From Amoebophrya sp. A120 (Eukaryota > Protista > Dinoflagellata), in NCBI GenBank assembly GCA_905178155.1, contig CAJINV010000010.1, positions 663,902-727,901 on the forward strand: a stretch of 64,000 nt of DNA, given 5' to 3'. The notes below the pieces were generated by a model. It saw only the letters and a list, made by a program, of their open reading frames with translations, did not search any database and was not told the DNA's origin. This document shows, in pieces, positions 51,481-62,949 of this stretch (positions are counted from its first letter, which is position 1; every line of letters begins with the position of its first letter). Position numbers and translations under genes: made by a program.

Positions 51481-52416
51481 TTTGAGAAGACGGAGGAACT
51501 AGCCTTGATAGCGCTTATGTGATGCTGCGTTCAGTGCTCGTGGATGTGAAAAGCAAACCGTGCTCCAACATCGATGAAGTAAAAGTTGAAGTTCTTGATG
51601 GTACAGCAGGGGTGGGACGACCGCGGCACTTGATGCTATGAGTTGTAGATACTTATCAGCCGTTTATTCATCTAAACGCTAAGAAAGTAGAAAAAACGAA
51701 GTTGCTTCTAGTAGTTGCTGTGAATGGTGATATTAGTGAGTGGCGACTTATTTCATCTTCATCATTTTTACTCTGCTAGCGGCATAACATCGTTCATCAC
51801 GTATCAATTTTTGCTACTCGAAGGGCAGCTCAATACTACCGTACACGATGAGGGACAATGTTGAACGAAATACTAGCAAGAAAAAACTCCTCCAGGACGA
51901 GACGGAGATGACGAGTGTAAGAGAGACGGAGCAAGCCGTGGGGGGCTGGTTTGAATTTCTCGATACACAACATCGGCTACAGAAATTTGAACGATTGGAG
52001 GACGGTGGACGAGGAAGATATCATCGAAAAGCATATGAGCAACGTAGTACTTACTTAAGGAGCAACACGACCGACGAGAGCGAGACACGTAGTACAGAAA
52101 CGACAATACGGACAATAGGCAGGGACGAGAAAGCAACGACGAATGCGGAATGAGAACGACTACATATGATTCTGTGAAGATCTTATCAACGACGTCCGGA
52201 GCCGCGGCCTCCGAAGTTTCTACATATACGGAGTTCCATTTCAATTGTTTCTATTATACACGATTTTGGGGAAAAATGCGCTTTATCACCCCACCACAGG
52301 AAAGACAGCGTAAGACTTTTGAGTGACGTTTCCTACCTGCGGAGCAAAAACGTCCGGTGACTTTATTGCGTTTTGGTTTTCCTCCTGCTATGTATACTTT
52401 TCATCTTCGTAGTAAC

Positions 52417-55400
52417 TCATGGCACTGCAAACGGAAAGAAGTCTTTTCCGTCCAGATACGGCTTCAGCACTTCCGGCACTACAACGTATCAAAAGGAAAA
52501 ATCCCCCCTCACCATATCAAAACGAAATTTCTGATGCTGGATTTGAGTACACAAATCAGCTTTGTACTGCAGGAAAGCATTGCACGCAGACAGCAAGCCT
52601 AAGGGAAGGCCTTTTGGTGTAGGGGCCTAGCATGGCAGACGTCTACCCTGTAGGCCTTGCAGCATTACAAACCGCCTCCATATCGCGGCGGACTCTCTGG
52701 ATTTGCCTTCTGGCAAGACAGACAGGATTTGTGGTCACAAATCTGCATTACAAATTTTCGGAAGGACATGTTTTCAATATGGGGAGGGGGGATTTTTCCT
52801 TACGATACAACGCCGTCTTTCGTTTGGTAATTTTCCAACAAACAGCACAACGTCCGCTGTGTGGCGCACAGCGTCGCATTTACAAAATGCACAAATTGCT
52901 TCTCCTTCTTCGGCTTTTTGTTGTTCGCAGGTGCTGGATTTGACGAATTTATCTTTTTATTCCCCGGCTTTATAATCTTCTCAGCGCTGCCGTGGACGTG
53001 ATCAACACCATCATTTGAACTACCTTGATGAATATTGTCCTTTTGAAGACCGTGCTTCTCTTTGTTCTCTTTCGCCTCTACTTCTCTTCTTTCCGTTGCT
53101 GAAGAACCACCAGAACAATCCTCCTGCGGCCCGACAAGACTAGCTTCCTGCTCGTGATTTTGGAAGATCACTGTTGTGGTGACATTCAGCGCTCGGCTCT
53201 GGTAGTCGGTACAGTTAGAGCACGAAACGAGTTCGCGGTAAAGATGATGCTTTTTATCGTACTGGTCCGCACTACCGGTTGCTACATTTCTATGGAGAGA
53301 AAAAAGTTTGTCACTGTCACTAACTTGCGGGCTTTGCATTACAAATTTTTTTAGCATCACAACTTTCCCCTGTATTGCAGAAACACTAGGGAAATCCCTC
53401 AGGAAGTTTGGATGTGATGCATTTTTACGCATGACAGAAAGTTTTGTATTGCAAAAATGCGCATGAGTGATCGTAACGAACTTTTTTTGTTTGATAACTT
53501 TCAGCACGACCCATAACCGCGGCAGACCCCGGAAAGGCGGCCTCGAGGTCAAATTTGTGGCTGGCCGCGTTGTTCATAGCACCAGAAACGATTTCCACTA
53601 TGCGGTAATCCAATCCGAGCGAGCGGTAGAACTCCTCACTCGTCTGCAGAAATTCTTGCAAGAGCTGTTCTGAGGGCGAAGAGGGAGGTGGCAGCTGTTT
53701 CTGATTCATGTTCCTCTGCTGCGCTTGCTCGCCTTTAGTTTTACTACTGATGCTCGTCGTTGGTGCACAGCTAGTAGTTGACCACGTCGCTTGGCAAATC
53801 CCGAACTGTTCGACTTTGTCGAACTGATTCAACCGAAACAGGCCCTTGACGTCGTAGCCGTGACTAGCCTGCTCCCGGCGGAAACAAGTGGACACCCCCG
53901 CGAGCCGAATCGGCAGGTCTGCAGAGTCGATGTGCTCATTGGCGTAGAAAGCCGACAACGGCTGTTCACTCGTGGCAATCAGGTAAGATGATTGGTGGTC
54001 CTGATGTGAAGATGTTGTTGTAGCAGGAGCTGTTGCTGCACCAGCAGGTGGTCCTCCTCTGGCGGAGGGGGTGAAAGAACGACCGCCCAAAGGGTCGCTC
54101 CTACCGGCGTTATCCGCTCCTGGGTTATTTTCTGGTGCTCCTGCTTGTTCGTCGTGTACCGCGTCGTTCTTCTTTATCTTTGGAACATTCGCCGTACTGC
54201 TGCTGCTTGCGGTAGCAGGAAAAAACTGTTTCACTGTGATGATTTTGCTAGATCTGCATCACAAGTTTGTTACACATGACGCCGAAAGTCTGTCATGCGC
54301 GCTTCCCAAGGGAAAACATCCTTAAAAATGCAATGTGTTGCAGGTGTAGCAAGACAAATAGTTCTGTGTTCCATTTTCTGCATCACAAGTTCACAGCGAA
54401 ACAGTTTTTTCTTGCGATACTTGCGGTAGCAGTACTAGTGTTTGTCGTTCCTGTGGTCATTTTGTAAAGCTGGTCGTCAAAATCCTCCAGTTCTGCCGTC
54501 TGTGCCATCAAATCGCCGCGCATGTAGAGCGGCGGCGCTAGCAATTGGTAATCCCGGCCAAACTTTTGCTTGTCGGTGAGAAACTGAATGGCGTACTGCT
54601 GCAGTGCGAAGTTGAACTTCACCCCCAGTCCGGTCAAGAAGTAGGCCCGGCTGCCGGCAACCTTCGCCCCCCGCACGTGGTCCACCATTTTAAACTTGCG
54701 CAGAAGCTCGTAGTGGGGCAGAAGAGCATCAGGTTTGAAAATATGATCTGTGGCCTTAGTAATAGAAGACACCTCCTCGACAAGAGGTTCTACTATCTTC
54801 TCGCGGTCATTATCTTGTTCTGCAATGAGGCCCCTGGTCGTGCAAGAACTTGTCACGACTTCACGAATCCTGGTTCGCCGGACCTCGCTGCAGTCAGTCC
54901 GGTACAACTCGACAGAGTCCTCTACTACGACGGCTTGTTCTGGTTTACTATTTATTTCTGTCGAAACCGCCGCTTTCCTCCTTCCGATCGGCACGTCTTC
55001 GTGTAGGATGTTTCCGATTTTGTGTAGGTAGAAGTCCCTGTTTTCCTTCGCGTCCTGTTCTGCTTTTGTTGTCGCTTCAATTTCCTCCACCACCTTCTTC
55101 CGCTCCTGGATTCTTACGTCGACGTCAAGGCCTACTAGTACTTCATCCACATGATGGTCTTGTTGAGAGCAATCAAGAACGGCTGATGAGGAAGATGTAA
55201 AAATTCTTGCACCATCGAGAGGTGGACCACTTGTTGAACCAGCATCTTCACTTGTAGAAGTTGTTCCTGCTGTTTTTATAGTACCACCAAGAACATCCTT
55301 CCCGTTCACAACTATGCTCTTCTTGTTCATCTTTTTCAACTTCGCAATTTCCTTTTGCAGCTCGTTCGCCCGGTGCTTCAGATCGTCCTTTTTCCGTGCC

Positions 55401-55778
55401 AACGGCCGCCACTGCGCGTCATGATATAACGTTTGGGAAACGAAATCTTGCTCGACAAGTTCTCCCGTAGTTTTCTTGTTTATCCAAGAAAAAAACTGTG
55501 ATAGCGTAACTTTCGTTGGCTGACAGCATCACAAAGTTGCTCTGCATGACAGAGAAAACCTGTCATGCGTGGCTTGTAAGGGAAAACACAAGTGAAAAGA
55601 GGACTTCATGGCTGTCTGGCATGACAAGTGTAAGTCTGTTGGATGTTCTGCATTACAGAGTTGCTCTTACACACTTTTTTTCTTGCATATTGTTGTTGTG
55701 CCGGTTATAATTTCTCCCGTTTTCCGAGGCACGCACCTGTTCGGGGTGGTCCCGGAGAAACTGGATGGAGATAGGCAT
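52417..55778 (-). CDS. SARS: Seryl-tRNA synthetase (eukaryotic type, divergent, low-complexity inserts), ~798 aa; 4 introners
   Basis: [82 protein letters not shown]; 2397 nt after removal. Confidence 0.93.
52487..52807. mobile_element. Introner family C
   Basis: TSD CAACG/CAACG. Confidence 0.95.
53291..53496. mobile_element. Introner family E-like
   Basis: AAAAAAGTT / AACTTTTTT IR; TSD ATTTC/ACTTT. Confidence 0.85.
54211..54419. mobile_element. Introner family E with left tip replaced by exon-like sequence
   Basis: Close copy of 57047-57256; 13-bp direct repeat CTTGCGGTAGCAG at 54206-54218 and 54420-54432. Confidence 0.9.
55481..55689. mobile_element. Introner family E
   Basis: TSD TTGTT/TTGTT. 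Confidence 0.95.
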
Positions 55779-56489
55779 ACTTGATTGTTCTGGGGAGATG
55801 AAGAAGCAAGTTGGCTTATCTCTGTTGTAGTCTACAGCGGAATGCTAGTAACTTGTGTGGCAATAAACGGGATGTTGTCGATGTTTTACTTTTCCTCACA
55901 CCGAAAGCGAGAGGACGACTACAGTGCTACATATTTTCACCATTCGCTCAACCACGGAACGAGTAGAAACTGAGAAAACACATTTCACTTTCACCACACG
56001 GATCAGATCTAGAAAGAATAAAAAAGACTCAGAAACGCAGGCGATCGTGGAACTTCTTTATCTGTGATCACGATTGAGGCCTTCATCTTCACTTTGAAAT
56101 CAAGTAGCCACAAACCTAAAATTTTTGTTAGTTTGTCCTGAAGAGCGGCAGTTTGATCTTCAAGTAGATCTGGATCCACTTACTCGCTCAAATCGATGCG
56201 AAACGAATACAACAGAGCCGAACATGATAGTCAGTTTCATGAACTCGTCACTTGACCTCGGAAACTATCACGCGCTGCAGCTGCGAGCAGCACGATTGTC
56301 TTTTTGTGCTTCAAATCCAACCATCGTGTTGTCGTGGCTGCCTAGTACGTGGGAGAGTTTCTACAGCTTCAGCCTACGAGTAAAATTATTGAAACCGATT
56401 TCTTATAGAGTCAGTCGATCGCTAGGGGGCGTCGACGCGCGCAGGTTATGCGCCTCTGTCCACAGTGAGTTCACTGTCACAAGTCAATC

Positions 56490-56617
56490 GTGAAAGGCAA
56501 GTGGGTGCTTCAAACTTGTTGTGAAAGGCAAGTGGGTGCTTCAAACTTGTTATGAAAGGCAAGTGGGTGCTGTATGTGAAAGGCAAGTGGGTGCTTCAAA
56601 CTTGTTGTGAAAGGCAA
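56490..56617. repeat. 31-bp minisatellite, ~4 copies
   Basis: GTGAAAGGCAAGTGGGTGCTTCAAACTTGTT in tandem, no spacers. Confidence 0.9.
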
Positions 56618-56993
56618 TGCAAAAAGTCGACCGAAACAGCTATAAAATTAAATAATGTAATGGAAATAATGAAAAAGTGATTTACTTACACCTCAAAGAC
56701 AACGTCGGATCGGAATTCGGAATGATTTTGATCTGCTTCTTTTCTTGGGATAAAAGACGTGAAAAACATATAAAAATCGTATTTTCACGAAAACAAGTAA
56801 AGACAATTCTTAATCGACCGCTAGCGCACACGATGCCGGTCGGTTTCGGGACTGATTTATTTCAAGACTAGCTGCGAGATGAGAAAGAGAAAGCTACAAC
56901 TACATGATTGCACGATATAATTCTCGTCACTCGAAGCAAACACTTCGATCACGACTTTGATGTTGATGTCTTCTACTGCTACTTCTTCACACT

Positions 56994-59900
56994 TCATTGC
57001 AAGCTCTCCAGCGTGACGCTCGCGGCAGTGACATCATACGCAGTGATATCCCATGAAAAAAACTGTTTCACTGTGATGATTTTGCAAGATCTGCATCACA
57101 AGTTTGCTACACATGACACTGAAAATTTGTCATGCGGGCTTCCAAAGGGAACACACGCTTACAAATCCAGTGTCTTGCGGGTGCAGCAAGACAAATAGTT
57201 TTGTGTTCCATTTTCTGCATCACAAGTTCACAGTGAAACAGTTTTTTCTTGCGATAAGTGAACGAGCGGATGTCAAAGTGCGGCATGATTCCCCCGTTCC
57301 GCTGCTTCCACTCTTTGTTCGACTCTGGATTGTTCAACACGTAGTCATTACACGCTCCACGGTTGGCCAGCCGCACGGCCTTCGCGTCTTGATGTTTGTC
57401 AATCACGAACTCCCCATCGTCCTTGTCATCGGGGTGCAGCGGTTTCCCACCCGGGCCCCCGACAAAATTGTCGCCCGCAAACTCCCCGCACAAGGTCGTG
57501 TTGATGATGTAGTACTGCACGTCGACGTCGCACTTGTTGATCGGGAAGATGATGTAGGGTTTCTCGTTTTGCAACACGAACTCTACCAGTTCCGCAGTGA
57601 TCTGCCCGTTGAACCTGCTGTCGATTTCCTCCCGGTATGAGAGTGCACAACTCCCCCTCCCTCTCATTTGTCATGCAAAAGCCCTACCTTACGCCTTGCC
57701 TCTTGGCACTGTTTGCATGACAAGTTCTGGCAGTCCAAATAGCACTGCACTCCTGTCCAAATTTGTCATGGAAAACCTGTATGCAGCTTGCTGACGCTTA
57801 TATTGCTGTTCATGCAATACAAATGAAGGGGAGGGGGTGGAGTTGTGCACTCTCATACCCGACTCCAAAACCACATCGCCGCAATGTCGTCGTCGAAGTA
57901 CATGGCGTAGACGCCCCCGTTATCAAGTGTAAAAGTGTCTGGGTCTGAAAGAATGCAACTTGTCATGCTGATTTTGGATTCTAGGTAAAAAAATCTGTAT
58001 TGCATGAGCAGCAAAGAGAGTCCAAGTTTTGCTACACGGAAAGACCATTTGTCATGCAGTATAGGCATCAGGAAGCCCTCACCAAATCTGTGATGCTAGG
58101 GCATGCATCACAGACATCAGGAGTCATGCAAAATGTGCATGACAAACCTGGCAATCTTCGAGACCCAGACATTTTTACAGTTGATACCCGTTTTGCTTGT
58201 TGAACTCCTCCCCCATCGGAATGCCGGCGGTCCCCGTGGCGCACCCCGCGTTCGGGCAATTTTTCTCCTCGACCGTTCCCCACCGCCCGCCGTAGTTGCA
58301 GTCATTGGTGTTGCGCGAAAAAGATTTTCCGCCGGGGCGGGTCCAAGGTGTGTACTTGTCCGGCAGCGGGTTCTGCTTCCCCGCCCACGGAAGCTTGCAC
58401 TCCGGGGACGTCGTGCAAGGCCTTGTACGCACGCCCTCCGCGTTTAGCTTGCCGTCGTTGCGGTCCTTGCACGGACTGGCGTGCAGGGTGGACAGGCCCT
58501 CCTGTTCCAATATTGCAAGGAAAAATCCCCCCTCCCCATATCAAAACGAAATTTCTGACGCTGGATTTGTGTACACAAATAATCAGCTTTGTATTGCAGG
58601 AAGGCATTCCGCCCAGAGCCCCAGGGTAGGTAGGGGCGTATGGGTCTAGTTGCTCAGCATGGCAAACGGCTCCCCTTTAAGCCCACCAGCATGACAAATC
58701 GCTTCCCTAATAAGGCGGAAGCTTCTGCCCTTGTCGTCTTGCAAGACGCATTTGATTTGTGACCTCAAATCAGCAACACAAATTTTCGGAAACATAGGTT
58801 TTCAATATGGGGAGCAGGGGGGATTTTCCATTTTGATATCCAAATTGACGTGTTCCATGATGTCGATCTCCATCCCGGCGGGCCAGGTGGTGTATTACGG
58901 TGAAAAATGCCCCCACCCCGAAAATTGAAATAATTTCTGATGCGAAGTTTCCAAATGAAAACTGTTTGTCTTGCCTGAAAGGACTAACTATGAATCTTTC
59001 TGGTGCAGGGTCTAGTCGTATAGTACAGCATCGCTTGCATGACATGCGCCCCCCTTGCTGGGATCTTTTGCAATACAGATTTTTGCTCTTCACGACTGAA
59101 AATCTGTGATGCTGATACATGCAACACGGCGAGTGTTTCCCTTGAAAAGGTTTGCAATACAAATGCTCCCAAGTTCTGGGGCGGGGGGGGGCATTTTTCA
59201 TTGTAATATGGTGCCCGGATGGTTCTCGCCGTGGTTCGTCCACAGGGCCGGCCAGGTGCCCAGCCCCGCCGGCATGGCCAGCACGTCGACAAACGCAATC
59301 GACTTTTTCGGCAGCGGTTTCACCGTGGTGAGACGGACAGATTGGCGGACTGACTTTCCCTGCCACTCGTCGTCAACCAGGGTGCGGAGGATTTTTTTGT
59401 TCGCGGAAGTGGCAACTGGGTCGTCGATCACCTGAACCAACTTTTTCTTCATGTCTTCAGTCAGCTTGTAGTTGACCGGCCCGTTTGTCGGATCGCCTTC
59501 TTTATTGTAGTGCTCAAAGCACTCGGGGGACACGAAATTCTCCGGCCCACAATCGAAAAGCGTCGTAAAAACTTGACTTCCGGACGTGGTGAGCTGGGTA
59601 TTAGTAGTAGTACCCGGACCAGTACTTCCGTTTGACGAAGGAGCAAGTGTCGAATCTTCAGTCGGTGGAGCATCGGTTGCAACCCATGGAGTTGTACCAG
59701 GGCAGGCTTCTTTTTGTTCCTTCTGCAAGAAATTTGCGGTAGATGGTCCAGCTCGCAGCGGCGTCGTCGTGTCACTTTCATCTACCGCACTCGTTGTGCT
59801 GGAAGTAGGGGGCTTGTTCATCTTCATTCCCATTTTGTGTAGAAAAGACGAGCCCCCCTTTTGAAGTGCTGCGCCGTTCTTGGGGGTCATAGTTTTCTTG

Positions 59901-60091
59901 CGCTGGGTCTGTTGATAAAAATTCGTCGTGCTGCTCTTCTTCGTATCTACCAACTTCCGATCATTTTTCCCGGCCGCAGCATGGGTCATCTTCGTCCCCA
60001 CGGAGACCGAAGGATTTGTTCCGAGCAGTACAGCTGCCGCTGCCCATGATGTCGTGGAGGTGCTGCGACAGAGAGAAATAGATTGCGTCAT
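56994..60091 (-). CDS. GH16 beta-1,3-glucanase paralog 4 (more divergent), ~576 aa; 5 introners
   Basis: DPTNGPVNY, RQSVRLTT, MPAGLGTWPALW, WPAGMEIDIMEHVN, GGVYAM, INTTLCGEFAG. Confidence 0.9.
57047..57256. mobile_element. Introner family E
   Basis: TSD AGTGA/AGTGA. Confidence 0.95.
57636..57857. mobile_element. Introner family H
   Basis: Perfect TATGAGAGTGCACAACTCC IR; TSD CCCGG/CCCGA. Confidence 0.93.
57921..58186. mobile_element. Introner family A
   Basis: TSD CCCGT/CCCGT; close copy of 4318-4579. Confidence 0.95.
58511..58838. mobile_element. Introner family C, inverted relative to 12845 and 47305
   Basis: TSD TCCAA/TCCAA. Confidence 0.95.
58893..59208. mobile_element. Introner family F, inverted relative to 16334 and 35686
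   Basis: TSD TGGTG/TGGTG. Confidence 0.95.
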
Positions 60092-60438
60092 CCTGATGTG
60101 CACTAGAAGCGTGGTCAGGGTCACCAGCACAAAAGCTTAATATTTCCTGAAACGAAGTTCAAGTTTCCGACGGTAGAAGGGGTAGTCGTGAAAGAATGTC
60201 TTGTTGGGAGAACGAGCTTTTTAGAATAAAAATAGTCGTATTCGTTTAAACCTTTGTAAGAAGCCAAAGACGAAAGACCTGAGTTGCGGTTTGAATCAAA
60301 TACTCGTGCGTTTCGGGGAGATTTGTGTGAAAGAGGTTCTTGCAAGAACGCGTACGCACCTACGAACGACGAACAAATCACTGTGGACGACAAAGCACAC
60401 GAATCTTCTGGCGCACGCACCAACCAACGACGAACAAA

Positions 60439-61359
60439 CCCCTGGAAGCGGCTGGGTCGGAAGGTCGGCCGCCACTTGGCATGGCAGTGGGGCGCCCCAC
60501 AAGGCGGCGCGCCGCCGGTTTCTGGGTCTGCGCGGCAGGGGCGCGGGGGCGGGTTGTGGGCGCCATGCATCAGGGGAACGTGGCGGGCGCCCCCCCGCCG
60601 CGGTGGGAATATTGCCCTGCGCCGGCTGCCTCGATCTTTCGGCCAAGGCTTCGAACACGCCCCCCAGGGAGGCCCACTCCCCAGGCCCAGGAGCGCGGCG
60701 GCTACAATTATGGCCGCGAAGCTGATCCCAGCTTTTGGCCCCGGCATCACGCTGCAGGGGCGCACAGAGCCGCAGACCACCTCGGGAGCCCCGGAAGGCG
60801 TGCTCGCCTGCAGCCAGTGTTGTGGCGCTGCTGTCAGGTTGGGGGAACTGCAGCCAGGCAGGCTCCTGGCGCAAGGGCGCCACACTCGTCAGGCCACGTT
60901 CGTCCGCGTCTTTTGCAATTATTTTGGTGCGCGGAAGCCGCGCCCCCCAGGTTGTGGGATTCCTTCGCAGACTCCCCGCACCCGCTCCGCGGCACCACTG
61001 CGAAGGCCCAGGCATGTTGGTTCGCCAGGGCCTTGTCGCTGCCGATCCATTTCTTGCGGCGCGGCAAAGAAATGGCGCCTCCTTCTGTGGTGCATGGCCT
61101 CGGCATTCCCAGACCGCATCACGCGCGGGCAGTGTCACGCTAGGTCTGTTACTAGCCACATCGCAGCGTCGGCCTTTCTTTAGGAATTGCCGTGACGTGC
61201 GCTAGCTTGGTTCTTTGCCTGTCCCCTGGCCTCATGGCCACAGGTCAGCAGTCAGGCACACTGCTGCGAGAGGGCAAAGCATCCTTTCTACTTTCAAGTA
61301 GCGGCGGAGCAAAAAATATCTTGAACGAAATTTTTTTAGAAGCTTTTGCAGCCGCTATA
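60439..61359. mobile_element. 921-bp GC-rich insertion flanked by a 26-bp duplication
   Basis: GCACGCACCAACCAACGACGAACAAA at 60413-60438 and 61360-61385, splitting a ~61-bp tandem unit. Confidence 0.6.
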
Positions 61360-61876
61360 GCACGCACCAACCAACGACGAACAAATCACTGTGGACGACA
61401 AAGCAGACGAATCTTCAGGCGAAAGTAGTGGACGATACGTTTACAGACTGGCGTAGGTTGGATTTTTTGACAGACTGAACGAATGTTGTAGTACATTGGA
61501 CGGATATTTACGAACGACAAGCTTATTTGCTCTACTTCATGCCAGGAGACTATGCTTGGTCAACATGTAGCATTACGAACAAAAACTTTTGGTACCAAAA
61601 ATCAAACAGTGCATCAAAATATTGCCCTGTTCTGCCGCAAGAAGGAGCGTCATTTTGAACTTCCTTTTCCTCCTTTTCGACGTAGTCGCAATAAAAATAG
61701 AGAGTGACCCGGCCGGTGGGGTTGGTCATAGCATGCGGGAAAAAGTGAAAATTTGCGACTTTTGTTCTAAGACGACCTGACTCAACTTGAAAAGTTGACT
61801 TTTTTTTTGAAAAGCAAAAGAGCAGAAAAAAAAGAAACAACCTGAGAAAATCGCTGGAAGTTGTGCAGGATCTACC

Positions 61877-62151
61877 GCGCGCGCGCGCGCGTTTTACCGG
61901 ATTCGGCTTGGCTTTTTTTGCAAGTTTTCCCGGATTTGCCAAATTCATCAGCTTCACCAGCTTCACCAGCTTCGCCAACTTTCTCGGATTTGCGAAATTT
62001 GGCAAATTCATCAGCTTCACCAGCTTCGCCAGCTTTCTCGGATTTCTGAAATTTGGCAAATTCATCAGCTTCACCAGCTTCACCAGCTTCGCCGACTTCG
62101 GAAATGACCGGGGCCCGTGTGTTTTGTTTGACGCGCGCGCGCGCGTTTTAC
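61877..62151. repeat. Nested tandem repeat (TTCACCAGC 9-mers within ~54-63-bp units) bracketed by (CG)n-TTTTAC copies
   Basis: Direct reading of the repeats. Confidence 0.85.
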
Positions 62152-62949
62152 AGGATTCTACCTCTGCCGCCTGTAGGTGGCGTGTTTCTGTTTCGTGTTG
62201 TGTCTGCTAGACAAGAAATACAAGGCGCGAACGAAGAAACAACGGGCAAGCAGACAGGGCCGAGACAAACGACAGACCGAGGGCGATCCTACGGAGCGAA
62301 CGGCAGACCGAGGCTGATCCTTTGTAGCGAACTGCAGACCGAGGCTGGTCTTCTGTAGCGAGCGGCAGACCGAGGCGGACCCTCTGAAGCGAGCGACAGA
62401 CTGCGACGGGTTCCGTGTATGTTTATATGCTTGCTGGTCAGACAAGGGGGCGCCACCGGCCGACCCAGCGACCCGGCACAGAACACAAAACAAAAAACGA
62501 AGGCGCTGAGGCACTCGGGCCCGCTTTCCACGCGCTTGGGGGCGCCGGTGCGCAACGAGGCGCCCCAGCCTCTTACTCTTGGGCGTGCTCTACAAACAAA
62601 GGATCTACCTGCGTAGCGCGGTTCGCTCATCGCCGCGGTTGTCAGGTCTCATTATCCTCGTGTGTCAAAGTTCGGAGGCCTTCAGGCATAGCACACAGGA
62701 CCACCTGCATGGCGTAGATACGTCCACGCCACAAGTGTCCACCTGTGTAAGTATTCAGAAAAGAAGTGCAGGCGTGGAAGCAGGAAAGCCCGCTTGCCAC
62801 TGTTGCACATAGCTCACTCAGAGGCCTTCATAGCAGAGAGGCGCACTCACATAGAGCCACCCGGCCGGCGCGAGTCGCTCATCGCCGCGGGTAGTGGTTC
62901 CGTGTTTGCAAGTACTCAGAAAGGCCGCGGCGGAGCAGGCTTCCCCTTT

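Noticed and set aside
45147-55778. Element-riddled genes as pseudogenes
   Set aside because: Reconstructed lengths are whole codons with intact catalytic motifs, and no exonic stops or frameshifts were seen despite old, decayed insertions
56490-56617. CRISPR-like array
   Set aside because: Head-to-tail units with no unique spacers, no cas genes, eukaryotic context
61550-62083. 177-aa KLVKL-repeat protein
   Set aside because: Arises from a 9-bp-based tandem repeat open on both strands; no other coding evidence
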